This document shows, one piece after another, positions 37,274 through 47,557 of a stretch of 64,000 bases of DNA. Position 1 is the first letter of the stretch. The number at the start of each line of letters is the position of its first letter. Position numbers and translations under genes: made by a program. Below the pieces are notes generated by a model that ran no database searches, was not told where the DNA came from, and was given only the letters and a program-made list of their open reading frames with translations. The DNA lies in contig JBKBRF010000004.1 in assembly GCA_046292385.1 (NCBI GenBank), positions 192,001-256,000 of the forward strand, written 5' to 3'. The stretch comes from Armatimonadota bacterium (GTDB lineage Bacteria > Armatimonadota > SYMT01).

Positions 37274-38254
37274 GTGTCCGACTTCGACAGCCGACTTTCC
37301 GCCCTCGAGACCGCTCATCGGAGAACGGTGCGAACCCTTGTCATCTGGCGCTGCGCCGCACTCTCGGCCGCGGTCTTCACCCTGGGCGCGCCGGCCCTCC
37401 AGGCGTGGCAGGGCGATAGCCCGGAGGCCCCGGCCCGCAGCTCGCTCGCTCGACGGGTCCGGCTGCTGGAGGAGCAGTTGCAGGAGCAGCAGGAGCTGAT
37501 CTCCGGCTTGCAGACGGCGCTGGCAGGAGAGACGACGCACCGGGAGCTCGCGGATGCAGCCCTCCGCGGGGATCTGGAAGCGGAGGCGGCGGCTCGCGAG
37601 GGCGGCGATGCCGCGCTCCAGGCCGGTCTCACCCCCGTTCAGCAGAAGCTCGCGAGAGTGGTGGTCCGCAACGGAGGCGACGATCTCTACCTCATCGGGG
37701 CGAACCTGCACGTGGTGAACGGCCTCGAATCGACCGATTCGACGAACGGTCTCGGCAACCTGATCGTCGGATACAACGAGCTCCGCGGAAACGGCGCCGA
37801 CCACCGAAGCGGGTCCCACAACCTGGTGGTGGGACGCTTCAATAACTACCTGAAGTACGGCGGCCTGGTGGCTGGCGAGACGAACGAAGTAAGCGGCGCG
37901 TTCGCCTCGGTGGCCGGCGGGCACGGCGGCGTCGCCAGTGGCGATTGGGCCGCGGTGACCGGCGGGCATGGGAACACCGCCTCCGGCCTGGAATCGACGG
38001 TGACGGGCGGGTGGGCCAATCTCGCGTTCGGTGCCGCGGCCGCCGTAACCGGTGGGGATCACAACGTCGCCTCGGGGAACCTTGCGGTGGTCACCGGCGG
38101 CGCGCAGAACCAGGCGATGGTGGGCGGCGCGGTGGTCTCGGGCGGCCAGGGGAATGAGGCGAGAGGTGTGCTTTCCGTGGTGGGCGGCGGATGGCGGCGA
38201 GCCGCCCCGGGGGATCTCGACTGGGTTGCCGGAGGTCTCTTCCAGGACTTCTAA
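37274..38254 (+). CDS. Membrane-anchored fibre-like protein: coiled coil plus 14-residue VxGG beta-helix repeats
   Basis: NGLGNLIVGYNE...GSHNLVVG followed by about 8 VxGG..N.A.G repeats. Confidence 0.7.
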   Translation: MSDFDSRLSALETAHRRTVRTLVIWRCAALSAAVFTLGAPALQAWQGDSPEAPARSSLARRVRLLEEQLQEQQELISGLQTALAGETTHRELADAALRGDLEAEAAAREGGDAALQAGLTPVQQKLARVVVRNGGDDLYLIGANLHVVNGLESTDSTNGLGNLIVGYNELRGNGADHRSGSHNLVVGRFNNYLKYGGLVAGETNEVSGAFASVAGGHGGVASGDWAAVTGGHGNTASGLESTVTGGWANLAFGAAAAVTGGDHNVASGNLAVVTGGAQNQAMVGGAVVSGGQGNEARGVLSVVGGGWRRAAPGDLDWVAGGLFQDF

Positions 38255-38280
38255 CCGGTAAACTCAGGGTGACACTGCTC

Positions 38281-39156
38281 GTGCAGCTGCATGAAGGCAG
38301 CGGCGGGAGGCTGGGGTCGGAGCCCCACTCCGCCGCGTCGGAGAGATCTGCGTTGTCCAGGCTGTATCGGAGACTGACCCGGTTCTCACGTGATCCCGTG
38401 TTCCGGCGCGAGCTGCTCCGTCCGGGCCGGCGCCGGTGCGCGCTCGCCCTGGGGGTGCTCAACGGCGGGTTCTTGCTGCTGCTCGCGTGGTCTCTCTGGC
38501 GGGAGTCGTCCGCCGGCCCCGGCGTGGTGCTGCGGGCGGCGTTCGACTTTACCGGGTGGCTGGTGGCAGGCGGCGCGCTGCTCTCGCTCTGCGCGCACTG
38601 GCTGGTGCCGCCAGCCACCTTCTCCGTCTCCCGCGACGACTACAACCTGGACACGCTCGCCTTCCTGGTGCGGGAGCGGCGAGACCGGGAAGCCGTGCTG
38701 CGCCGGCAGCTTGCCGCCGCGCTGGTGCCGCTGGCGCTGGGCCTGGTCCCGCTCGCGCTGGGCGCCGCGCTGGTGGCGAGCCAGAGCCCGCAGCACGGAA
38801 TCCAGGTGCTGGCGGCCTGTGCGGGCGCGCCTCTGTGGCTGGGGCTCGGTGCGGCAGTGTCGCTCTGGGCTTCGCTCCGCGACCGCCGCGGCGCTACGGC
38901 GCTGGCGTACCTGCTCACCTCCCTGGTCCTGCCGGCCGCGATCGGCGGGGTGAGCATCGTGGTGGCTGCCGGCTGCAGCCGGGGACATCCGAAAGGGGAG
39001 GCGGTCTTCACCGCGGCACTCATCGCAACCGCGGGAATCCTGGTGCTCGGAACCGCCGCCGTGTTCTGGGACCTCGCGCACGCGCGGCTCTTCCCGGAGC
39101 GCCGGCGCAGCCTCTGGCTCGACCAGCCGCCGCCGGGCCTGCCGGAGAGCGAATGA
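38281..39156 (+). CDS. Hypothetical membrane protein (ABC-2 permease-like N-terminus)
   Basis: DPVFRREL motif then about 6 TM segments; start uncertain. Confidence 0.55.
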   Translation: MQLHEGSGGRLGSEPHSAASERSALSRLYRRLTRFSRDPVFRRELLRPGRRRCALALGVLNGGFLLLLAWSLWRESSAGPGVVLRAAFDFTGWLVAGGALLSLCAHWLVPPATFSVSRDDYNLDTLAFLVRERRDREAVLRRQLAAALVPLALGLVPLALGAALVASQSPQHGIQVLAACAGAPLWLGLGAAVSLWASLRDRRGATALAYLLTSLVLPAAIGGVSIVVAAGCSRGHPKGEAVFTAALIATAGILVLGTAAVFWDLAHARLFPERRRSLWLDQPPPGLPESE

Positions 39157-39163
39157 CTCGGCT

Positions 39164-39478
39164 GAGTGGGAGAGTGGGCGCAAGGGGGAGTGGGGGAGGG
39201 AAAGGGATGAACGATGAAGGATGAGGGATGAGCCCGAACCCGTCGTGAGCGGGGGTCTTGCTCCTGCTCGCTGGCGACCCGGTGCTTCCGGCACGACCGC
39301 GTGAGCTCATCCCAGGCCGGTCGGATCGCCCGCTCGTTCCCGCCCCGGAGAAGCATCCCTCCGCGGAAGGCGCGCACCGGCAAAGTGTTCGAGAAAGAGA
39401 CGGGGAACGAGAAGGAGTAGGAGAGTCCGTACCGGAGGTTCGGTTCTCCCACTCCCCCATTCTCCCATTCCCCCACTC
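39164..39478. repeat. Nested short-repeat cluster: inverted octamer arrays enclosing heptamer and hexamer arrays
   Basis: GAGTGGGA-type array on the left, TCTCCCAC/TCCCCCAT on the right; GGATGAA array; CTCGCTGGCGACC block. Confidence 0.7.
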
Positions 39479-39483
39479 AGTCT

Positions 39484-40041
39484 TTACGAGGCCGAGCTCG
39501 TGGTTGCCGAGATGCTCTGCCGCGCCTGGGCGTAGTAGCGGTCGCCACTGCCTCCGTTCCCGTGGCTCTTGCCGTTTCCGTTCGCACCGTTCACGTGCGC
39601 GCCGCTGCCGGCCGCCGGCCGCCGCGGCAGCAGCTTGACGAGGCGGACGCGAGTGCCGTCGCCGTCCGGCGTGAAGGCGACTTCGTCCATCAGCTCCCGC
39701 ATCAGGAAGAGGCCCCGTCCGGAGGGCTTGTACTCCTCGAACTGCGGCAGCGCGATCTCGCGCGGGCGGAACCCGCCGCCCTGGTCGAAGATCTCGAAGA
39801 CGATTTGGTTCTCGTCCAGCTCGCAGCGCAGCCGCACCCGGTTCTCCGGTCCCAGCGGGGAGCCGTGACAGATGGCATTGCTCGCCGCCTCGGAGATCGC
39901 GACCTTCAATCCTTCCAGGTCATCTCCCGAAAGGCGGGCACTATGGATGAATCGGCTGACTAACTCCCGGATATCGTGAACCACCCAGGTCTCCGCCGGA
40001 TACTCCAGCTCCAGCACGCGCTTTCGGGTGTTGGTGGACAT
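39484..40041 (-). CDS. Anti-sigma factor / Ser kinase, RsbW-like (HATPase_c_2)
   Basis: AISEAASNAICHG, DQGGGF, GRGLFLMRELMDEV. Confidence 0.88.
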   Translation of the reverse strand: MSTNTRKRVLELEYPAETWVVHDIRELVSRFIHSARLSGDDLEGLKVAISEAASNAICHGSPLGPENRVRLRCELDENQIVFEIFDQGGGFRPREIALPQFEEYKPSGRGLFLMRELMDEVAFTPDGDGTRVRLVKLLPRRPAAGSGAHVNGANGNGKSHGNGGSGDRYYAQARQSISATTSSAS

Positions 40042-40355
40042 CAGTCGCTCCTTTGCTTACTGCCTTAGGATTACCCCAGCAAGCGAGCGGCAAAACAGGG
40101 GAGCCGCGTGGTCCCCGCAGCGTCAGAGCTTTTGCCAAACGCGGGCAGACCGCGCAGTCGGTTGGGCGGATATTCCACGAAGAACGGCCGGAGCCGCCTC
40201 GGCGTCAGCCCCGGGCCACTGGCAATGTACCCCAAGTGACGCAAGTTCACACCCTCAGCTTGCGCGATTACTGCGCGAGGGCGTGCCAATGTGTGGGGGA
40301 AGCGAGCGGGCGTCGGTAGATCAGGCAGGCTGCCGGGCTCCGCTGCCGCCAGCGT

Positions 40356-41723
40356 CTATCCGTCGTTGTTACCCCCGAACGTAGCGAGGAGCCGGCGCAT
40401 CCGGAGCGTGCGGCGGGCGATCACCCGCTTTACGATGGCGCGCAGGCTGCGGGTGTGCTCTTCCGGCAGGTAGTGGAGCGGGATCATCGAGACGATCAAC
40501 AGCACCGCCATCACCAGGAAGAAGATGCGGAAGCGGTCGATCTCCAGGAGGCCCCACTGCACGTTCACTCCCCGCAGCACCTGGAGCAAGTAGCCGGAGG
40601 CGAGGGTCGCGGCGCCGCTGCCGAGTCCGGTGAGCGTGACGCTCAGGGCCACGTAGTGGGCACGGTGGAGCACCGGGATGAATCCCAACTCGAACTTCGA
40701 CATCGAGACGGTAAGCCCGCCGGTGAAGATGCCGATCAGCAGGGAGATGAGGGGCACGCCGAGCCACAGCCAGACGGCGGAGGTGTCGGTAAGGAGCCAG
40801 AGCGCCAGGCTCCCCGCGATTCCGGCGATGACGAGTCCGAGCACCGGACGCGCGCCGATGCGGTCGGTCCAGCGGCCCCAGGCTACCAGGGTGGCGATGG
40901 CGCCGAGGCTGCCGATCGTGTTGATCGCGATGACGCCCGAGGCGCTGATGTTCAGGCCGTCTCGGAGGAAGACGACGAGGAACGGCGGTACGGCACTGAG
41001 CGCCATGCGCAGGAGCACGGAGAAGAGCAGGAAGCGGCGAAAGATGGCGTCCCGCAGCGGCGCGGTGGCGCGGCTCAGATACTCGCGGTCGAGCGGCTCC
41101 GCCATGGAGCCGACGTCCGGCACGCGCGCCAGGTAGACCAGGCTCCAGGCGGCGGCCACCACCCCGAGGCCGATCACGTGCAGGAAGCGGGTCATGCCCT
41201 CCGTATCGATCAGGTAGAGCGCGGTGATGACGTTGATCAACACGATGCTCGCCTGGCGCAGCCACTCCTGGCGGCTCAGGTAGATCCCGCGGTCGTGGGG
41301 GCGCACGATCTCCTGCACCAGCGGCAGCCAGGAGCTCATCCCGAGGGCGCGGCAGATGTAGAAGCCGAGCATCACCACCAGCAGGAGCTGCGTGCCGGCG
41401 GCGGGGCCGCCCCGGGCCATGGCGACCGGGACCAGGAAGAGCCCGGCGGAGACGAAGGTGCGCGCGCCCCAGCCCGCCAGCATCACCCGGCGGGGGCCGA
41501 AGCGGTTGACGAGCGGCGCCACCACGAGCTGGATTACCGCCGCGAAGGGAAGGAGCGCGGAGAGCAGGCCGATGTCGCCCAGCGACGCCCCCGCCTGGCG
41601 CGCGAACAGGATCAGGATCTGTCCGGCCAGCACTTCGAACGACAGGGCGTTCAGGGCCGTGAAGCGCAGCAGGTTGAGCTTGGCGTGCTCGCGCTCCAGC
41701 TCGTCCAGGTCGTCGCCGTGCAT
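40356..41723 (-). CDS. MFS transporter
   Basis: About 12 TM segments; NRFGPRR and GRWTDRIGAR motif-A loops. Confidence 0.85.
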   Translation of the reverse strand: MHGDDLDELEREHAKLNLLRFTALNALSFEVLAGQILILFARQAGASLGDIGLLSALLPFAAVIQLVVAPLVNRFGPRRVMLAGWGARTFVSAGLFLVPVAMARGGPAAGTQLLLVVMLGFYICRALGMSSWLPLVQEIVRPHDRGIYLSRQEWLRQASIVLINVITALYLIDTEGMTRFLHVIGLGVVAAAWSLVYLARVPDVGSMAEPLDREYLSRATAPLRDAIFRRFLLFSVLLRMALSAVPPFLVVFLRDGLNISASGVIAINTIGSLGAIATLVAWGRWTDRIGARPVLGLVIAGIAGSLALWLLTDTSAVWLWLGVPLISLLIGIFTGGLTVSMSKFELGFIPVLHRAHYVALSVTLTGLGSGAATLASGYLLQVLRGVNVQWGLLEIDRFRIFFLVMAVLLIVSMIPLHYLPEEHTRSLRAIVKRVIARRTLRMRRLLATFGGNNDG

Positions 41724-41856
41724 CTACTCTCCCCCGGCGAAGAGTATCACCGGCAGGCGCTCCGGAACCCCGGCCCGCCGCGAACTGCGGCGCCGGGGCC
41801 GTGGTAAGATGATCTGAGCCCGGCTCCCCGACCGGGTCGTCGACCGAGGAACCTTC

Positions 41857-42540
41857 ATGCCGTCACCGATTCAGGAGCTGCTGGGGCTCAAGTTTCCCCC
41901 TGTCGCCGTCTCGTTCCGACCGGAGGCACCCGCCGGGATCGAGCGGGTGGACCAGCCGGCCTGCGCGGGCTGCTCGTACTGGCGGCTCGCAGCGGAAGGG
42001 AGGGTCTTCTACACCGAAGCCCCGGACCACTACGGCTGTCCGGTCGGCGCGCACACCCACGGCATCCCGCTCCCGCCGCAGCAGGCAGAGGAGCTGGCGG
42101 AGCTGGCCCGGATCATGACCGGCCTGGAGTACGTGACGGAAGCGGAGGTCCAGGCGATGCCGTCGCGCTCCCAGCCGTTCGGCGTGGCGGTCTACGCACC
42201 GCTCGACCGCGCAACCGAGACCCCGGACCTGCTCCTCGTCCGCGGCACCGCGCGCCAGATCATGCTGCTCACCGAGGCGGCACAGGCCGCCGGGGTGGCG
42301 CCGGAGCGCCCCGCGCTCGGCCGTCCGGCTTGCGTCCTCGTCCCGCTCACGCTGGACGGCAGCACCACGGCCACCAGCCTCGGCTGCATCGGCAACCGGG
42401 TCTACACCGGGCTGCAGGACGACGAGCTCTATTTCGCGCTCCCCGGCAGCGCCATCGACGCGGTAACGGAGCGACTGCCGCGCATCGTCGGCGCCAACCA
42501 GGAGCTGGAGAAGTTCCACCGGGCCCGGCAGGGAGCCTGA
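41857..42540 (+). CDS. DUF169 (COG2043) Cys-containing protein
   Basis: PVAVSF, CAGC, GCPVG, PAC, SLGCIGNRVYTGL.DDEL. Confidence 0.8.
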   Translation: MPSPIQELLGLKFPPVAVSFRPEAPAGIERVDQPACAGCSYWRLAAEGRVFYTEAPDHYGCPVGAHTHGIPLPPQQAEELAELARIMTGLEYVTEAEVQAMPSRSQPFGVAVYAPLDRATETPDLLLVRGTARQIMLLTEAAQAAGVAPERPALGRPACVLVPLTLDGSTTATSLGCIGNRVYTGLQDDELYFALPGSAIDAVTERLPRIVGANQELEKFHRARQGA

Positions 42541-42541
42541 T

Positions 42542-42640
42542 AAAGGCTAAAGGCAGAAGGCTAAAGGCAAAAGGTCCGAACCCTTCGTGTACGGGAGGTC
42601 CTGCTCCTGCTCTTACTCTTGCTCCTGCTCGCTGGCGACC
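42542..42640 (+). repeat. AAAGGC(T/A) heptamer array followed by hexamer array with CTCGCTGGCGACC tail
   Basis: Same heptamer plus CCGAACCCTTCG recurs at about 59826-59923. Confidence 0.75.
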
Positions 42641-42822
42641 CGCGATAGTCCGGCGCGTCCGCGTGAACTCGCACTACAAACGGTATCTACAGGCAAAAGG
42701 ATGAACGCTGAACCCCCGACTTCCGGCTGCACTCCCGGCGGTGTCCGGCGTCCGGTAGGAGCCCGGGACGGAGGCTGCTCAGCGCGGACGCCTATTCCCT
42801 CGCGCCGTTGGGAGTGTGCGTC

Positions 42823-44295
42823 TTGACCGGAAGTCAGCAGCCGAGCTTGCGGGCGGCGGGGGGGGTGCTGCTGGTCTCGTTGTATGAGCTGGGCCACCAG
42901 CCGGCGGGGCTCGCCTTTCCCCTGGCGGCGCTGGAGCAAGCCGGGTTCTCGCCGCGAGCGCTCGATCTCTCCGTGGAGGAGCTCGACCCGGAAGCGGTGC
43001 GCGGCGCCGGGTTGATTGCCGTCTCGGTGCCGATGCATACCGCGATGCGGATCGGCGCGGCGGTCGCCGGGCGGATCCGGGCGCTCAACCCGGGAGCGCA
43101 CCTCTGCTTCTACGGACTCTATGCGGTGCTGAATGCCGGCCACCTCCTGGCGACCGCCGACTCGGTGCTCGGCGGCGAGATCGAGCCGGCGCTGGTGACG
43201 CTCGCGGAGGCGTTGGAGCAGGGGGAGCGGGGGCCGATCGAGGGCGTCACGTTTCGTGAGAAGTGGCAGGCAGCCGGCGCCACCGGCACCGCGCCCGCCG
43301 TGCTGCGCCGCGTGGAGCTGCCGGTGCCGAGCCGGGACCACCTGCCGCCCCTGGAGCGGTACGCCCGGCTCGACTACCGGGGCGAGCTGCGGCTGGCGGG
43401 GTACACGGAGGCGACCCGCGGCTGCAAGCACCACTGCCGCCACTGCCCGATCCCGCCGGTCTACGGCGGCCGCTTCTTCGCGGTGCCGGCGGAGACGGTG
43501 CTGGGAGACATACGCCGGCAGGTGACCGCGGGCGCGCGCCACGTCACCTTTGGCGACCCGGACTTCCTGAACGGCCCCACCCACGCGCTCCGGATCGCGC
43601 GAGCGCTCCACGCGGCGCATCCGGAGGTGACGTTCGACTTCACCGCCAAGGTGGAGCACCTCCTGGCACAGGAGACGCTGCTGCCGGAGCTCGCCTCGCT
43701 CGGCTGCCTCTTCATCGTCTCGGCGGTCGAGTCGGTCTCCGAGGATGTGCTGGCGCGGCTGCGGAAGCGCCACACCCGCGCCGACGTGGCCCGGGCCGCG
43801 GCCGCAGCGCGCCGGGCCGGAATCGCGCTGCGGCCGTCGCTGATGCCGTTCACCCCCTGGGCCGGGCTGGACGACTACCTCGACCTGCTCCGGTTCAGCG
43901 TGGAGCACGAGCTGGTCGACTCGCTCGACCCGGTGCAATTCAGCATCCGGCTGCTCGTGCCGCCTGGCTCGCTGCTGCTGGAAGGCGGCGACATGGACCC
44001 GTATCTGGGACCGCTCGACGCCGCGGCATTCAGCTACACGTGGACGCACCCCGACCCGCGGATGGACGCGCTCCACCAGGAAGTGGCGGCCCGGGTGGAG
44101 CGCGCCGCGCAGGCCGGAGAGCCCCCGCGGGAGACGTTCCGCGCTATCTGGTCCGCCGCGCACCGGGCTGCCGGCCTCCCTGACGTCGATCCGAAGCTGC
44201 CGCCGGAGCCGGACGTGAAGCCGCCGCGGCTGACGGAGGCCTGGTTCTGCTGAGCAGAGCCGACCGCGGGCCAGTTGGCCCGCTCTGCGGCGTAA
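42823..44295 (+). CDS. B12-binding radical SAM selenoprotein with CUAEP tail (TGA 44251-44253 read as Sec)
   Basis: CKHHCRHC (CxxxCxxC); N-terminal cobalamin-binding-like domain; frame continues WFC-TGA-AEPTAGQLARSAA-TAA. Confidence 0.88.
44254..44288 (+). promoter_or_regulatory. Bacterial SECIS-like hairpin
   Basis: GCAGA...GCGGGCC-AGTT-GGCCCGC-TCTGC directly 3' of the UGA, with G in the apical loop. Confidence 0.75.
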
Positions 44296-44390
44296 GATGC
44301 GCCCCGCGCATCCGTCCGGCGCCACCCTTACGCTGCCAGGGTGCGCGCCTGCGTTTCGCCCTGCCAGGCCCACCGCGTCGGTGAACCTCG

Positions 44391-46028
44391 TCAATTCGGC
44401 TTCTGCTCGTTCGGTTTCAGGTCCTCGCGAACTCCCGACTCGACGCTTGACGGTTCACCGTCGGCGGAGATGTGGAAGACGTGGCGAACGAATGCCGGCG
44501 TCTTTTCCACGAAGATCCGTACCCGCAGTCGATCCAGTGGAAGCTGATTGGCCAGCCCCGCCAGGCGGCTCGGATCCTCGGCGGCCAGTGCTCCCCGCGC
44601 TCGCGCGTTCGTTCGTGCTACCGAGATTCCGGCCGCAGACCCCGCCTGGCGAAGCTCGGCCGCGCTGAGAGCGTCACGCCAGGCCAGGAACGCCCGGCGT
44701 GCACGGGCGCCGGCGAGCACGACGGGGAACTCCGCGTCAATCAATTGTGCCTGAAGATCGTTCAGACGGGACATTTCCAACAACTCGTCCCAGCCCAGAT
44801 GCCCGTCCCGAGTCCGCACTTCGCGCCAGCGTCGGTGTTGCGTAGCGGGGACTTCACCCAGATCATCGAACGCGAAGCGCCGGTTACGCCAGCGGAGGAC
44901 CAGTCGATCATCATCCACGGCGCACCGATACGCACTCTGCTCCGCGAGCTCAAGCAGTAGGTCTTTCAGAGTCGCAGCGGAAGCCGGGGAGAGCGGCGGG
45001 ACAGGCTTGCGGTGGTAGTAATCGGATGTGAGCGAGCGCCCCAGGACGCGGGCGAGGGAGATCTGGACATCCGCGAGCTCTCGCCAGGAGGGGCGTTCCT
45101 TCTGTAGTTGGCCAGACTGTGCTTCCGTCAGCGTGCCCAGCGCCTCAAGGTTCCCGGATATGGGGTCCTCGGCCGGCTCGCTGAAGCCGAGGGCGGCGAA
45201 TGGGCCACCATTGGAGAAATTCACCCGATTAATGGTGATGCTCGTACCCAGGCGCCACTTGCCCAACGCAGGCTCCAGACGCAGAAACACTCCAATCTCC
45301 GCACTGTCGAGCGCCCCTCGCACTCCATCGCCTCCGAAACGACTAACAAGCAGGGTTTCGAATTGCTGCTTGGCTGGCTCGCTCCATTGAGCCCATGGAC
45401 CCTTCAACTCACCTCCACGAGCCAGATGGTCGAGTTGCTGTGGCGGGAATGTGCCGAGAAGTTGCCCGAGCGGGCGACCCTGCGCCTCCCATTGCTGCGG
45501 AGTCCGGAAGTAAAAGTCAAGCTGTTCGTCCCCCGTGGGTTGTGGGGCTTCGTTCGGATGTGCGCGCGCAAGTCGTATCAAGCGATCCATCCCCGCGCGA
45601 ATACGTGCCGTATCTCGCTCGACCAGCCGCGCGAACTCGTTTCTGGCACGCGGATCCTGCCAGAGCAGGAACTCCGCTTCCCTCGGACGATCCCGCCTCC
45701 ATCTCACGGGGAAGTCGCGCCGGCTCCAAAGCTGCTCCAGGTCGAGCATCGCTTCCCGGGCGGGCCGCTCCTTCCAGAGCACGGTCACATACAGGTCCCG
45801 CAGGTGCTCAACCGCGCCGAATCGCTTGCCGGTAACCTCGGATAGCTTCGCGAGCACCTCGTCCAGCGGGAGTGCCTTGCCCTCCAGGTTGATCTTGGCC
45901 GCCGGCCACTCGCGGGGCACAGAGCCAGCATTACGAGCTTGCTTTGTGCTGGAATCGGCAAGTCCGGCCCCGGTGACAAGGCAGATCAACGCCAGGCAAC
46001 CTGCCGTGAACGCTCGGATATCGAACAT
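44391..46028 (-). CDS. Secreted hypothetical protein (paralog of 10261-12243)
   Basis: Signal peptide; PLDEVLAKLSEVTG; GEVPATQHRRWREVRTRDG.L...L.EM matches paralog; lower GC. Confidence 0.7.
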   Translation of the reverse strand: MFDIRAFTAGCLALICLVTGAGLADSSTKQARNAGSVPREWPAAKINLEGKALPLDEVLAKLSEVTGKRFGAVEHLRDLYVTVLWKERPAREAMLDLEQLWSRRDFPVRWRRDRPREAEFLLWQDPRARNEFARLVERDTARIRAGMDRLIRLARAHPNEAPQPTGDEQLDFYFRTPQQWEAQGRPLGQLLGTFPPQQLDHLARGGELKGPWAQWSEPAKQQFETLLVSRFGGDGVRGALDSAEIGVFLRLEPALGKWRLGTSITINRVNFSNGGPFAALGFSEPAEDPISGNLEALGTLTEAQSGQLQKERPSWRELADVQISLARVLGRSLTSDYYHRKPVPPLSPASAATLKDLLLELAEQSAYRCAVDDDRLVLRWRNRRFAFDDLGEVPATQHRRWREVRTRDGHLGWDELLEMSRLNDLQAQLIDAEFPVVLAGARARRAFLAWRDALSAAELRQAGSAAGISVARTNARARGALAAEDPSRLAGLANQLPLDRLRVRIFVEKTPAFVRHVFHISADGEPSSVESGVREDLKPNEQKPN

Positions 46029-46113
46029 GCTGCCTCCTCGTCGGGTTCTGCGGGTCCGAAGAAGCGGCGCTACCGCGCCAGCGTCTTCGGACCCGTGCGT
46101 GCTGATCCGCGGG

Positions 46114-46671
46114 TTACGGATTGATAATGCTGAAGTTCACCGAATCGCGGACGTAGACCGGCATGTCAGGAGAGGTGAAATCCTGACACCATATCTCCAT
46201 CGACGTGTGCGAGGTATGTCCCCCCGCAGATACCGAGCGGTTTCCGGAGAGCTGGGTGGATGAGACCGTAAAGTAGTCAACTACTCCGCCTTGCAGCACG
46301 TAGGGCGTGGGAGGGAATCCGGTTGTACCCAGTGCATCCACCATGTTCGAAGTGTTGTCGACATACAGCCGCGCCAACACATCCCAGTAGGTGTCTGTCC
46401 ACCAGTTGCCATCGGACAGCACGCCCCCACTGATTGTACCTGCGAAAGCAATATTCATGGACGACGCTCCGCCCGTATGAAATGGATCACCACCTGCGGC
46501 GGGGGTATCGTTTGTGGCGTCTACCGTAATGTAGAAGCCGTTGATGCCCTTGCTGTTGTTCGCAGCTTGGACCGGCGAAACGAGCAGGAGCGTGCCGACC
46601 AGGATGCCCAAGTAGCCAAATGTCCGTAGCATCTTCATCAATCTCCCCATAAGAAGCTCTCCAGAATTCAA
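46114..46671 (-). CDS. Secreted Ser/Thr/Gly-rich beta-strand hypothetical protein
   Basis: Signal peptide ending VQA; lower GC than flanks; start uncertain. Confidence 0.6.
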   Translation of the reverse strand: MNSGELLMGRLMKMLRTFGYLGILVGTLLLVSPVQAANNSKGINGFYITVDATNDTPAAGGDPFHTGGASSMNIAFAGTISGGVLSDGNWWTDTYWDVLARLYVDNTSNMVDALGTTGFPPTPYVLQGGVVDYFTVSSTQLSGNRSVSAGGHTSHTSMEIWCQDFTSPDMPVYVRDSVNFSIINP

Positions 46672-46888
46672 ATTCGCGCTGGAGACACAAACAAGTTAGC
46701 TCCCCCCCCCATATTCCTCTTCTCTCCCGAAAGAATCTTGTCGCACTCATTTGGAGAGCATGGACATGTGAACTCCGGATAGACTCGGAGACACTGTGTC
46801 GTCCGTGCTTGTCGATTCCTACCGGGTGGGAAAGAATAGGGGAGAGAACCCCTTCGGCCGGGTCCCTGGTCGAGGACAGGAGAGAGTT

Positions 46889-47551
46889 ATGGTAGGAGAA
46901 GAGCAGCGCGACGCGGCCGCCGCGGCGCCGGATGCGAGCGACGAGATCCTGAAGATCAGCGAGGTGGCGGCCACCAAGATCCTGGACGTGATGCGCTCCC
47001 AGGACCCGCCGGTCTTCACGCTGCGGGTCTCCTCCCCGGCGCGCGGCAAGTACGCGATGAACCTGGAGCCGGAAGGCACCCCGGCGGCGGACGACACGAC
47101 GCTGGAGTACGACGGCTTTCAGGTCTACGTCGATTCCGACAGCCTGGAAGCGGTGCGGGGCGCCAGCCTCGACTTCGTGATGACGCCGACCGGCGGCGGC
47201 TTCCAGTTCACCAACCCGAACGACGCCCCGCGCGGTGGCGCTCCGCAGCGCAAGGAAGCCCCGGAAGGACCGGAAGGCGACGTCTGGCGCCAGATCCAGC
47301 AGGTGCTGGAAGCCGAGGTGAACCCGGCGGTCGCCTCCCACGGCGGGCGGATCGACCTGATCGAATACAAAGAAGGGATCGCCTACGTCCAGATGAGCGG
47401 CGGCTGCCAGGGCTGCGGCATGGCGGCGATGACCCTGAAGCAGGGCGTGGAGCAGATCCTGCGCTCGCACGTGCCGGAGATCGACGAGATCCTCGACGTG
47501 ACCGACCACGCCGGCGGCCGCAACCCGTACTACGCTTCGTCCACCAAGTAA
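46889..47551 (+). CDS. nfuA: Fe-S carrier NfuA (degenerate A-type domain plus NifU-C domain)
   Basis: Cys-less HesB-like N-domain (GFQFTNPN); VNPAVASHGG, GGCQGC, DVTDH..G.NPYY. Confidence 0.88.
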   Translation: MVGEEQRDAAAAAPDASDEILKISEVAATKILDVMRSQDPPVFTLRVSSPARGKYAMNLEPEGTPAADDTTLEYDGFQVYVDSDSLEAVRGASLDFVMTPTGGGFQFTNPNDAPRGGAPQRKEAPEGPEGDVWRQIQQVLEAEVNPAVASHGGRIDLIEYKEGIAYVQMSGGCQGCGMAAMTLKQGVEQILRSHVPEIDEILDVTDHAGGRNPYYASSTK

Positions 47552-47557
47552 AGCGCG

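Noticed and set aside
42587..42826. ORF MYGRSCSCSYSCSCSLAT just upstream of the radical SAM gene as a Cys/Ser-rich RiPP precursor
   Set aside because: The SCSCSY run is the translation of the dispersed hexamer repeat also found at 1514, 27646 and 39256, away from any modifying enzyme
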